This document shows positions 11,592 to 28,994 of a stretch of DNA of 64,000 bases, one piece after another (position 1 is the stretch's first letter; every line of letters starts with the position of its first letter). Location: contig JABANN010000074.1 of the NCBI GenBank assembly GCA_013115125.1, positions 1 through 64,000 of the forward strand, read 5' to 3'. The notes below the pieces were generated by a model. It saw only the letters and a program-made list of their open reading frames with translations. It had not been told where the DNA came from and searched no databases. A program made the translations under genes and the position numbers. This DNA comes from Perkinsus olseni (Eukaryota).

Positions 11592-14500
11592 ATCTTATGA
11601 TTCACGGTAAGACGTATGCATCGTTAGCTGCTCGGATTTGCTGCTGATGGATAATGTATAATGTAGCTGTATTATCTCTTAGTCCTTATCCACTGGATAG
11701 TATCCAGTCCTTCATAGTCAGTGATTGACTATTCGTAACTAGCACTAATAACTCAACCCCAGTAGTTGCCTCTTGTGTTCACTGGTTACAGGAGTGTCAA
11801 TTCAACCGACTTCGTTGTCTCGCCAAGTCCACTTGGCGCGACCTAGGCTTCTGCAGCTCGGCTCTGCGCTGATTGTATTATTCGGGCATTCAGTCCCAAG
11901 CCGTAAGTACTGGTTCTTCATCCGGTGCTCAGGATAATCCAGAACTCTTCGATAACAATGGTTCCTCTAGGAGTTCCTGATCGAGGCTCATCACGGCGTG
12001 TGGGCACTTCATTGTATCATGCTAGGATTCCAACATTTGACGCCAGCGGGGGGAGGAGGAATTCAGGGGCCAAATAGGATTCGGTTAGGTTCAATCCGGT
12101 GCGGGCGGCTGCGACTACTGCTTTTCAGAGTGTATTGTCGAATCGGGTTGGAGCCAATGGCATTTACACTCGCGCCGCGTCAGCTTTGCTTAGGCGAAAA
12201 CTGGTGGCACCAGACTTAATCACCATCGGACTGATCATCATGGTGGTGATCATGGTGGTGCGGTAACTCCTGCAAGCTCTCAGTATGGGTACCCGCTATC
12301 AATCAGTCTCCATGCGATAGGTTCATGATACGACTGGCAACATCGATAGAACTTTCTACCAGATGATATTGTCAATCTTCGGGCCAGGTTTACCTACTCC
12401 CAGACTTGACAAGTCAACTCAAATCTTATTCGAGTTGAGACGTATTGTAAGCAGTCCAAACGACTGCGCTATCGTGTTAAATACCAACCGAGGTGTTGAA
12501 AAAGTTTGAAATTCTTCAATGGCATACAAAGAGTAAATATCTCGAGGAGCAAGGGAGCAGCTATGTGAAGCTGCCTGGCGGCTGCGAATCAGCATTCGCA
12601 GTGGCATCTACGACAAACTTGAACTGAGCACTGACAGCTAGAAGGGCACCTGTCACAGAAACCTGGCGGACGAGCCCTTCCAAGGCACGAGGGTGCTCAT
12701 GGCATTCCGAGAGGGGGCCAAGGATGGCGAAGCATATAACGGCGATCAGGGTGTGCGCTTGGACCTTCTGGAGATTAATTCAGAACTGCAGGTTAGGCAT
12801 CGTTGGCAGGTTGACTCTCGCAGCAGAGATTTCTCTTGCTTGAGGGGACCTCCCGCTAGCAGGTATGTAGTGATCGAACTCAGCGCTTGAAGACAGATGC
12901 TGTCTATCGTCCATTCTGGAGTACTTTCACGAAAAGATCGTCGCGCGTTCGAATAGTAACCTATCGTAGAGAAGCACTGAACAGGAAACAGAGCTAACGA
13001 TGGCCCAGAGGGCTGATCATCGTGCGAGCCCAACGAGGTTAGGTCTGAAATGTCACGAACACAAGCCTTCATTAACACCGGAGGTGTATCGTCGTAACGC
13101 GAAAATGCTAGCTCTAGTCTCGACCTGATCCTTGACACCTGCTCTCGTTGAGCAGTGTGCCCGCTCAGGCTGAGTCATTCCCGCAGTGCACCTGAGCAAA
13201 CCCAGGTTATCCTCGTATCATCGAGTGTGAGAAGCCGAGAGTGGCTATTCTTACGTTCTTGACCGTATTCCCGCTGTCTACCCTCTAGCTACGGCTTGAC
13301 CAGTTGCACGCACGGGCCCGTCGGAAACAACAGAGTACCAATTGATGTCGAAGCGATGGAAGTCCCGATTGTACACTCTTTCGGAGCAATGTTTCTCAAG
13401 TCGCAAGAGCGTTCTCCCAAGCACCGAATCTTCCCTAATGAAAGAGCGATGGTAGCCTCGCAGACTAGTCATTACACCACGACTAGCAGGCGCTCTCGGA
13501 ATGTTGTGGTATCCTTGGCTGCTGCCTGCATATGTTTGCCACCCCGTATGTCACTGTAAAAGCCAATACATAATGGACTTCGCAAACGACAGTAACCTCA
13601 CTTTATTGTCCAGCAATACGGGATCAGTGAAGTCATCTGAATCCCCACTTCTGTGCTGTCTCTCGTTCGTTTGTTATACAGCTCCTGTGCAATGAGTTGA
13701 TTACGGTGTTGTTTTGCTCGTAGCATCCAAGTTGCTGTTTTCAATAGTGGTCATGAAGTTAGTGAGACCACCTATCACCACTGCCTTCGTGCCCTATCTT
13801 CATGAAGATGTCACCGCTGCACCAACCGCCGGGGTTCCCCCATATCGAGTCGTGAAGTCTGCAGTCTCAATCAGACTCTACCCGCCTTCAATTGATACTA
13901 TTGTTTTTCCACACGACAACATCTCTCGAATCAGTAACCTTCATCTGAATGAGTGACAGTGATGTTACTCAGCTCCGCGCGGCAGACCGCCGCACTCACG
14001 TCGTGTTTATATATCCCATTTGGCCAAGGGAAGCCGTAACTGAGGTACACGACAGCCCTCATCAAATAGGACGCCCCAGCAGGTCATTGCCTATGTCCAT
14101 AGATATGCAGGGACTTCCTCTCTGCATTGTACTTGATCCTCCCTCCTCCCTGACTCAATACCCTATTCGCCTGCCAGTAGCTCACGCCCACTCACCAAAA
14201 TCCTCCATCGCAATCCGGCAGCCTCTAGTTCATCAATGGTCGGCGCCGCCGATTCTTGATGATATTCAGCCCAAGTGAGGCCCCGCACCAAATGGCGGCA
14301 TTTGCCGCCATCGTCTGGATCATCCGCTTCCATTAAAACATACCTGATGGCCGATGGCCTGAGCCCTCTGCAACCGTCGACCCACTTACTTGAACGTATT
14401 GTCGCTATTCCAATCGAATGCTCCCCCATCGAACTCTACTCCCGGCATCGTTCTATAGGCCTCCGATGCAACCCTGAACTTTGACTGAGTTCGAGGAAGC

Positions 14501-15889
14501 TACCGACGCCCTACTTATTGAGTAAACTGCCTTCTCCTTCGGCGTTGGTCGCCGCACCCGACGCCGCGGATCTTTCGCGTATTGCCGCCGCTGCTGCTTG
14601 GTCAGAAGCACTGAGATCACTCTCAATCATTGACGAAGCGGACTGTCTTGTCTCACTTGGTGGTCGGCCCCTCCGTTGCCCGATAACTCGACATACTGGA
14701 TAGGAAACACACTGGCCTCCCGAGTGAATGTCCACTCCCCAGTAGGGCTGAGGCTGCTCGTAACGGCGCTCGCATCACTACGCAAGACGAAAGTGACAAC
14801 CAGCGGCTACAACTCAACTCAGTCAATGAACTGATGAATGAAACAATCGCAGTCGTGCACAAGACCGCGATGAGCAAAACAACGCGCATCCGGCTAGCAT
14901 CGTTAATGGTTGATCCGAGCTTGAGCTCGAGAGCGCAGAGCGTCTGCGGCAGAGGCCTACGCATCCCTCTGGACTGACGGAAATCTTCTCGCCAACGGTA
15001 CGTGCAGAGAACGCAGTCAGGCACCTCAACTGGACGACTTAAGCCAAGTCACTTTTGAGCCAATGAACGGCGGCTCGACGAGACTCAACGTCTCGTGAGA
15101 TCTACTTCAAACCGCACTTATTGAGGCGCCTCATACACTGTGCGAGGATGATATCACGACGGCTTATGCTGCTGTTAGTCCCTACTCGATCTCGGTGTAC
15201 CTCTCACCTCCCGTCCGCGTTCGTCAATGAATTAATGCCGAACAAGGCTGCTCAGATAGGACCCAGCCAACAACAGCTCATTCACCTCGCCGCGAGGTCC
15301 CCGCGTAGCTGTTGTGAAGACAGTATCGGGCATTTTACGGAACTTCTCGATCTTGTTACTATACCGCAACACCGCAAGTATGTGCACTACACAAGACGTC
15401 TCATGAGCTTTGATGCGCCAACGCACAAAAAAACGTGGTCAAAACGGTGTCATTGTGTGGGATCCCGTCGAACAACTTGCCCTTCCTAGAACGCTAATGA
15501 TTCCAACCTTCATTCTTCGTCTAGTGACCGGAGCCGAAAATGTGCGACATGATCGGGCACCGTCATCGCGCTTCGGTGCTGGCGGACGCTATCGATCATG
15601 TAAGAGACGAGACTCCGAACATCAACCGGTCTCCCAGTCTCCTAGTCTTGACGACAGCCTCGGGTGAAGTCTCTGAGCTCAGCTTTCCGCCTGGATAACC
15701 ACTCCAGCCTACCGTTCAGCAGAGACTTCCGTCCTACTGTGATGCCCACTCACTCCATCTTTTGCATACTCCCATCTCTGGTCACAGTCGTCACGGCTCT
15801 ACAGACTGCCTCACGCTACCCCGAGGCCAACGGGGTGAGGGATGCAGCGCTCATGTCGCCCCTTCATTGACGACATTGTTGCTGCTTCA

Positions 15890-16438
15890 GGTTATCCAAC
15901 CGCTGAGAGGACCCTGTAAGAAGATCTGGTGAAACACCCTATTTATATATCACAATAGATGGATCAAAACGCTTTTTCCGCTGGATGGGGATGAGGCGAG
16001 AGACCACCTTCAATTTCTGGTAATTGGCGAATGAGGGTTTGCAGAGTGCTCGACGAACATGCACTTCTCAGGGAGTTCCGCAATGGTCAGCAGAGACTGG
16101 ATGCCGCGAAGTTGAAGGATCATCGTGGGAGGACATGGCGCACTTCGACTGTGGAAGGGGTTGCCGAGGATATTCACAAGCATTTTGGCGAAGTGAATCC
16201 TTTCGACCATTTCCTCGAAGAAATCAAAGAGAAATACCAGAGCCCTATGACAGCGCTCAAGTGCGCGAGTTTATTCACCTTCATTGAGAACCACCCTCCG
16301 GAAGGTTATGATGTTGGAAGTGAGTGGATCGGTAAGTTCGTTGAGTCCAATATCGATGAGTTTACCAAGAGAGCTCAAGCCTGGAAGAGAGATCATCCAC
16401 CACCCAGACTCGAAGACCTCAAAGACGTCATTGTGTGA
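15890..16438 (+). CDS. Possible divergent ubiquitin-conjugating (E2)-like protein or remnant
   Basis: C-terminal SPMTALKCASLFTFIENHPP...KFVESNIDEFTKRAQAWKRDH resembles the E2 C-terminal helices; no catalytic HPN..C motif seen. Confidence 0.3.
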
Positions 16439-16896
16439 GTACCATGATGCCTGTGATGTTGGCGTTCGAACATGCTGCTGTTGCGTTGATTTGACTGCTG
16501 AACGATGAAGAATGGAACATCGAGGGTTGAACCCCCTGGGGAGGCACAAGTGAACCGAGCCTCTTGCTGACACAGCTCGTGGTTTATCTTCCTGACTGGT
16601 AAATAAATCGGCATAGCTGACAGAAGAACTGGTGACGGAATCCTGCAGGGATGGCAGCACCTCGAAAAATATCGAGAACGGTGCAGGTAAGACGATACTG
16701 TAGAGGTAGAGCTCGACTCATGCAAGTGGCACAGAAAATGATTTGACCATGATTGGTGGCGATGGGGGTAGACGTGCATAGAGTTATGATGATTTTATAA
16801 TTAGACGTCGAACTCGAGGAGGCGACAAGTGGCTGTTGGTCCTCGACCGATACGGGCCAGGGTACCGTTTTGAACCTTGAAAGAACAGATTTGTTA

Positions 16897-21361
<4,465 letters not shown>

Positions 21362-21536
21362 TGGAAGGGCTTATCAGACACTATCACACGCACCGCTGAT
21401 CAGTACTAAGCTCATGATATAGCTCAGAACGATACGCCCCTCGCTCACTACACACTTGCCGGATTTGAATATTGCCAGGGTCCCCCCCCGCAAGAGAAGC
21501 TTCAATATGAGTTGACTGAAACTTGACTGAAACATG

Positions 21537-23318
21537 CTAGGCCGGTGGTTGTTGTCTCCTTTCGAGTCTAGCACAGAAGAAGCCATCCATCCCTTTGCTC
21601 AGTGGTAATGCATGCATCGGCTCTTCAGACAATACTAGTTCGTGATGCCGACATAAATGCTGGATCTGATCTCGGCAATGATGATGATGGATCGGCCCAG
21701 GAGCCCACCTGCAGAATGTTCTCTTCGTCTAAGATACTGTTGGTACAATACACTAATCTACCACCATCGGGTTTGAGATACCTGACGAATCTTGCTCTGA
21801 CTTGCATTTCCTCAACGCCACTACCGAAGGGAGTTTCGAACGATCTCTCGCTGTAAGGCCACAAAATGGAAGAGCTTCTCATCGGAATACATCCACTTCG
21901 CGTCGGGGTTACGACGGAGGACGCCCGTTCGGGTACAAGGGACCTAACCGGCATATCTTAGCTTGACTAGCGCATGATACAAAACAGGTCAAGATGGGGG
22001 ATTACATCACATAGGACCCAATCACACTTGCCGAGTAGCATCTTATGTAACGTCGGGTGCCTCGGGTAGAGCAACGTATAATTCCTGATACCGGCACGTC
22101 GCAGCCGTTTCCTCGCATCCCTCAGCATCGAGTCACGTACCTGATGGTATCTTAATCGTCCATGGAATGCATGCATCAACCTACGTCATGCAAATACAAA
22201 TGGCCAGTGTTCTGCATGTTTGGTCCGAAGACCAACGATTTTCCGCCACTCCCAGCACAGTAGTCCAAGACGACGCTGCCTGGGTCGGCCTTCCTAACAA
22301 TTAATGGGCGCGCGGTCGTAATCCCGCCACGACGGATACTGATTATTATTACACTTGCTGGGCCATGATCTGACTACTCTCATCCTGGATCTCCACCGCA
22401 CCCGAGCGATACCTGCCTCGATGAATTTAATGGCGCGTGACGGTTGAATACGTACTCAGGTAGATCCAGTAGTAATTTCTTATCGTTGATAACCAACCCC
22501 ACCGGACTGGTGGCCGTCTTCTCTACCGGAATCTCTTTACTCAGGAGGAACTTGGCCATGTCGGATCGGGAAGACTAAGGGGGAGTGAAGGGTGAGGAGA
22601 GCACCACACCACCAGCCAGAAGTGTGTTGGAGGCCTCCTATCCGTCACGGAGGCTCCGAAATCGTCCGACGAGGGAAGGCTGTTACAGAAGCTGATTACA
22701 GCTATGGTTACAGCCCCCCCACCTGGTTAACATTGACTCGGAGGAAGGTCACCGGCCTCTCGTTCAATACACTCGATACTTGTACTGCTTTATCCGTCCC
22801 CAGTGAATCGGCTAGTCTCCCGAAGAGTTCCTTCGGCATCGACGTTCGTATCTTACACGAACCGATACTACCGCAACTTCCCTCACTCCTCTTACGTGAG
22901 GCTCCAAGCTTCTATTCTGTGTGTTACTCCGCCATCGATCGCTCGTCAAATACGTATCTATTTCGATACCACAACATCCTCAACTCATCAGACACCCCTA
23001 CGTAGCCTCCCTCGGGTTGATACCGGTTTGGGCGTGCAGTGGTCGATAAGGCCTTGCCATCGGAAAAGCTCGTACCTGCAGCGGGCTCGTTAGACGGGTC
23101 GCAAAGGCCTGACTCTACATATGGTCGGATATCCAAGCTCGATCATCAGCATTGATAGCCCGATGGGCTTGGAAGTACCTCAAAGGCAACCAACCTCACG
23201 GGCGGCTGATTTCAGAGTAGTACCGATGCAGAAACATATCCACTGGCGTGTTATGCTGTCTAACCTTGTCAAAATGGAGTAGGGCGTTCTCTAAATGACG
23301 GACTCTGAATGCATTCAT
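21537..23318 (-). CDS. NOL1/NOP2/Sun (RsmB-like) RNA m5C methyltransferase
   Basis: VLDYCAGSGGKSL, WVLCD/VPCTRTGVLRRNPDAKW, GGRLVYCTNSILDEEN, GMDGFFCARL. Confidence 0.85.
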
Positions 23319-23419
23319 GAGGGATTAATAATAAAACAACTACCAAGCAGCCACACAACCGGCAACTAGACACCCTCCACTGTTCCAGTCCAGTACATGA
23401 TAAACATCATCAACGGCTC

Positions 23420-24295
23420 ATCCTAGCAGCGTCTATCTCCTCGAGTCTCTTAGCGAATTCAACCCGCAGTCTAGTCAGCACCCCCTCCTTAGCGATCGAC
23501 GCAGCAGAGATTACCTACCGAGGGTTCGTCCACTGATTATGTCTGCTACCCGAGACGCATCACCTGCCGCGTCATCTCTCGAGGGCCTTTGTGCCACATT
23601 CTGGTGATCAGGGTGAGGAGATCTGATATCTCAGGATATGCGGAGTTTGTCTGAAAACAACTGATGATTTCAAACCACCGATATCTTATTCAATAAGATA
23701 CTCCAAGGGGGTGCCGAGCAACGACAAGTCCACCACCTTCAATGGATACGTATCATGAGCCCATTGCCGAAATCCAGACAGGAGTATCCCACCGATTGAC
23801 CCCCGTCTATCAGTAACAGTGGAGCGCGTGTGATACCTGTACTTCCGTCTGCTGCTGTTGCTGTTGCTGTTGTTGGGATGCTTCCAAAGCGCTGGTGTAC
23901 TGACGGAACAGGTCCTCCACTTGATGTTCCACCTACCATCCTCCACTACAGTGTCAATGGACGATGCTGGCATACCTTGGTAAGGGTAAGCTTCAGGTTG
24001 CGATTCTCTTGATGGAGTGCCTTGTTCTCAGTCTCCATTCTAGCGAGCTCCGTGCCCAGCTGACCATCCTCCTCATCATCAAACGATAAGTACTCTTCTC
24101 TGAGATGCACCCATACCGTAGGTAAGGTCAGGGTGTTCTCACATAGTGGTGTTGTTGGTAGTCGGCTGAGCGGGGCTGTTGATCAGGGAAGATGGGGCTG
24201 TAGACACACTGGGGGATGGGACGGACATGTGTAACCGTACTGCAAATCTGATGGTATTTTTGACAAATCGGGCAACAGAGATGCGCTTCATTCAT
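23420..24295 (-). CDS. Multi-exon hypothetical protein with N-terminal CPIC motif and coiled coil
   Basis: MNEAHLCCPICQKYHQIC; LGTELARMETENKALHQENRNLKL; canonical splice sites. Confidence 0.35.
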
Positions 24296-24474
24296 CGTGA
24301 AAATGCGCACTTGAATTATTTTAGAATTATCTTTCACTGAAATTTCTTTCTCGTTTAGTAGCCTACTTTCAAGAAATATATAGTATACTAGATAAAGCCC
24401 GACGAGGATTGACCGGATACTCAACGACAACAGCCTGACTTCGTAGGTAAACCTTCAACAGCAATGACGTAAAA

Positions 24475-25580
24475 TCAGAAAAACTTCTTCCATCCAGCCA
24501 GCATACTCTCCGGACTATACACTGTTGCCTTCCACTCGGGTGTGCCCTCGATAGATCGTAGCATTTCAGCGCACTTGGTCGGGAGTGAGGGCAACTTACG
24601 ATAGTGAACCCCGGCCACGCTGTACTGGTACCTGGAAGGACAGGCTTACGAAGGACGAGCGGGGAGGTAGGATGTACAGGAGGGGGCAGAGCTTAGCCTC
24701 TAACTCGGTAAGACGACGACCATCCTTTTTGGATGGGAGAGAAGCTAACGACGCGTCCAAGGCGTCGACGGCTTCTATTAGGGTGGAGGGATCCGTGGCA
24801 GTCTTCATCGTGGTGAACCACGCGCTTTGGAACGCCTTCAGCTGAGTATCCAGAGACGACAGATTAGCAAACGGCAGTGTATCGACGGCCTTGTGCGTTC
24901 CAGGCTCACAACGCATTACCCCGGGGCCTATCAAATACTCATGCCCGCACGCACCGTCATAGGAGGACCGCTCAGGCAGTTCAAGATGCAAATGGCAAGT
25001 TCAAGCTTACTTCAATTCCGATAAGATTCTATGACGCCAACGGTTCCAGGAACACTCCAACAGCTGATTGACGGCGTGGGTCTTGGGGATTGCGGATTCA
25101 CCGGCCATAGGGGACTACTATTTCTCTCAATGTCGCTCACCTCCTTATCAATGATCTCCTTCTCCTGCGCAGTGGTCCTGCCCACTACATCGGGACATAG
25201 TTGTTGCAGTATATCCTCAGAGTCTGCTATAACGGTGGTACTACCGCTTCCACTAGGGCAGACCCATACAGGGACAGTCCTGAGAAGGGGGAGTTATGGT
25301 ACTACAACCCCCACGGCAATACCCCTTGGGATTGGCTCTTAATAAATCGGCTGATTTGTTGCTCATGTCCTCTATTTTCAATGAGTAGTTATTTAGACCT
25401 TGACCGGCTAGACCAAGGCGTGCCTGTGAACATCAGACTGATACCATAACCTTCGTAAATCATTACCTTGTGCGTGAATGGGCAGTCACCTACGATGGTA
25501 GGATCCTGTACAGCCCCTTTAGCATAGAGGATGGCCTTTGGACCAGCGGCAGATGCTTCCTCTACGATATTACTCAACAT
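24475..25580 (-). CDS. Dehydroascorbate reductase/CLIC-type glutathione transferase
   Basis: ILYAKGAVQDPTIVGDCPFTHKV active-site motif; IADSEDI; LTELEAKLCPLLY; C-terminal YSPESMLAGWKKFF. Confidence 0.7.
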
Positions 25581-26023
25581 TACTGATAAAACTGTCAACT
25601 AACGAGGCGCCGCCACGTGATTTCATAGCCTATCTTCTGGACCCTAGGCTGGTGGGCCCTTGGAATGACCCGCGTCAATGGACGGAGTCGGCGTGAAGAG
25701 CCACTCAACAGTGATGAATACATGGCCTCGAAGTCACTTCTCAACCATCGCTAAGGAGGGGGACGTGGCAGAGTGGAGGGTTTGCTCGTACAGGCCGCGA
25801 CGATAGACCCATGGCGATGATCTGACACCGGTGAAGCGCTTTAGCGTTGAGGAAATGTTAGAATTGCAAGATGGTAGAGTGAGGCCTTCTTCGGCTTGCC
25901 CACGCACCTCTCGGCAGCAATAGCCTAGCTGCCGGGGATTGAACCACCTCCTTTTATCCCTTAGTCTGACGTGGTTATCAACCTATTTCATATCTTGCTT
26001 TGTTGAACCTTGGATCTTTCAAA

Positions 26024-27690
26024 ATGTCATCCAAGCAGCAGCCCGACGGTGATGATTATACTGACACCGACCCGGAGACCCAAGCTCTTCGGATCCCCCC
26101 GAACCAGATGATCCGTCAGGGTATGGTACCCACCGACTTCCAGACTCAACTCATCAGCGAACTTGACCTAGGTAAGCTTCAACCTAAGATACTAAAGACT
26201 CTTTAGTAAAGAGGTAGAGATTGTTTAGGTATGACCGGTAAACCGACCATGGGGGAGTACGTGATCGCTAACCCCAACGACAGCTTCGGGTCTAGGGTAC
26301 GATGACCCCACGCCCTGCTCTACGATAGTGTCGCTTTCGCTGTCCAGGATGAGCTATTGAGGATTCTCACGGCCATTCGACTGGCCGCTAAGATCGTTAG
26401 TAGAGAGATTAACAAGGCTGGTATATCTACGCAAGTGTTGGGCATGGCTAACCATACCAATGTCCAAGGTAAGGAGATGCTTGGTCACCATGCCAGATAA
26501 AGAGTATCAGTGGCTCGATAGGTGAGGCCCAGACCAAGCTGGACTTGTTCGCCAATAAGCTGTTCGTGCAATGCTTACGGAACCGAGATGTCGTGTGTGG
26601 TATGGTTAGTGAGGAGGAAGAGGATATCATAGAGGCTGGCTCACATCAACAGAAGAAGACTAACAGGTATCACCGTCAAGCATTGCCTCCCACGCTTCAA
26701 TATGTCAAGTAAGGTACATAGTACTCATGGACCCCCTCGATGGCAGCTCTAACATCGACGTCAATGTCCCCGTTGGTGGGCCCTACTCTCCCCTGCTGGT
26801 CCTATTTAGTATTATGCGCTCATCAGGTACTATCTTCTCGGTGGTGCGTCGAGCTTCCGAGATTAATCACAAGCCTAAGATTGATGACTATCTCCAGAAG
26901 GGGAGGAATATCATGGCAGCTGGGTGGGCTCCCCACACGCTCGATACCCGTTCGACATTCTCCCCACAGATACGTCCTGTACGGCTCCTCCACGATGCTG
27001 GTCATGAGCACTGGTAATGGTGTCCATGGCTTCACTCTTGACCCCTCCATTGGAACGCTGTATCTCACTCATCCTCATATGAGATTCCCTGACAGTCGCC
27101 AGAACGCGTGCTATTCGATTAATGAAGGTAACCGCTCATCATCACCTTGAAGCTCTCCGCAGTCTTTGGCCGTCCGTAGGTAACTACAATGACTTCTCAC
27201 CGGGTGTTCGGGCGTATCTTGACTTGATGAAGGAAAGGAAGATCACTGCAAGATACGTCGGCAGTCTAGTCGCTGACTTCCATCGTAACCTCATTAAGGG
27301 AGGGATCTACATCTATCCACCAACACAGAAGGTATCTCTCCCCTTCCCCACGGTTTCTTCGCGCTTTGCTTCTCTCAGGCACCCAACGGCAAGTTGAGGT
27401 TGCTCTACGAAGTGGCCCCGATGGCGTTCCTGGCTGAGCAGGCAGGTGGGGCGGCGAGTACTGGTACAATCCCCTGCCTCGATGTGCAACCGAAGGACAT
27501 CCACCAGCGTAAGCTTGCTGGGCAGTTCCAGGGCGTCAGAGCTCGTCATCTTCCTCAGGCGTGCCAATGTTCGTGGGGCCGAAGTACATGGTAGGAGAAG
27601 CGGTTGATATGCTCAAGACAGTTGGTACATGCGACAGTTGAGGGGCCCTCATCATTCGGTTGCGATTTATATAACGTCGTCTACTATCCT
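26024..27690 (+). CDS. FBP: Fructose-1,6-bisphosphatase class I, multi-exon
   Basis: [79 protein letters not shown]. Confidence 0.93.
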
Positions 27691-27867
27691 GGATAATTTT
27701 TTACGTCAATTTTTTCGTCGCTTTTATTGTGAGTCATTCGTGACATTTTCCGAGTTGGTGCGTTCATTGCCGAGTTCACTCAATGTGTTAGACCTACGGA
27801 GTTATGAGATTGAGGAGAGAGTTTGTTGGGATCGGGGTTACGGGAGGTATTATCAGGGTTATATAAG

Positions 27868-27940
27868 GGTCTCGTGGCCTAATGGATAAGGCGTTGGTCT
27901 TCGGAACCAAAGATTGTGGGTTCGAGTCCCACCGAGATCG
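27868..27940 (+). tRNA. tRNA-Arg (anticodon TCG)
   Basis: 73-nt cloverleaf: acceptor GGTCTCG/CGAGATC, anticodon arm TTGGT-CTTCGGA-ACCAA, T-loop GTTCGAGTC, followed by TTTTT Pol III terminator. Confidence 0.95.
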
Positions 27941-27989
27941 TTTTTCCATTTTTCTCCAGTGTATTGTTGTCTTGTATACTCCTCTTCTG

Positions 27990-28769
27990 ATGGGTCTCGG
28001 CGTCTTCACCTTGTTCGGCATCGTCTACCCGCTCAATTTTTTCCTCGCTGTGACTACAGTCAAGGTGGCAGTTTCGAGCAGCCCGATCGACACCATCCGT
28101 CTAACATTCCCTCAGCACACCTACTGGGTGAAGGACCTTGACTTTGCCGTTGGTTGTAGGACTCCCCTCGGCGTTCTCCCTTTCTTCATTGTGCTGTATG
28201 CAGGTATTGGGGTGTCGCTACTGATGGCCTACAGTCTAGTCAGCGTGGCGAGTGGGGTAAGATGTCCTTTCTTCAGTCACGCGAGATACATTCACGCCCA
28301 AACCGTACGGGTGGGACCGGTGTCTCGGTCAGATACAGGCTATGAGCCCCGAGGGATATGATAATCACTACGGGCGCTTCCAAATGACCCGCGCCAAGCC
28401 CGGCCTGGGGTTGAGGATGTACGCGTCGCACTACAATGCATTAGAGTGCTTCACCATGTTCTCCATTGCGGTACTACCCAGCCGTCGCCATTCGTTGGAA
28501 GGACTTATTCGCCCCTGCAGGTTATCGTAGGAATCCTCCGTGGTGTTGACGGACATCTCCTGGCAAATCTATCGGTGGTGGTAATTCTTGCCCGCAAATT
28601 CTACCACATATTCCACGCTCTTGACTTCGCTATGCTCCGAAGCATCGCCTTCGATACTGCTTTTATGGCCATACTGACGATCATTATGGAAGCGGCAGTG
28701 CCTGGTAATGCCGTGGTGAAGTTCATGACAAATGAGGATTGGACCTTGTCAAATTTCTATAGTATGTAA
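27990..28769 (+). CDS. MAPEG-family membrane protein, multi-exon
   Basis: Hydrophobic helices with GYDNHYGR...RMYASHYNALECFTMF and ARKFYHIFHALDFAMLRSIAF. Confidence 0.7.
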
Positions 28770-28994
28770 TAATTAATAGCTCGGGCGGTGATTCGTCCTT
28801 TGGTTTGATTTTCTCTGTATTGAGTTTGATAGTGTCGGGGCGGAAGGCGGAGAGGATGAAAACTGCGCCAAAGGTGCGGAATGTTTGCTTTGCTCATCAT
28901 TCAGTGCCGTTGTGTGCAAGGAAAGTTACATGATGGGGACATGCGGTATTTCACTGTTGGGCTATCAAGGACTGTAGTTGTCTTCCTCCCTCCG

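Noticed and set aside
27882-27989. 5' part of the 159-aa ORF overlapping the tRNA
   Set aside because: It reads through tRNA-Arg; the MAPEG gene more plausibly starts at ATG 27990.
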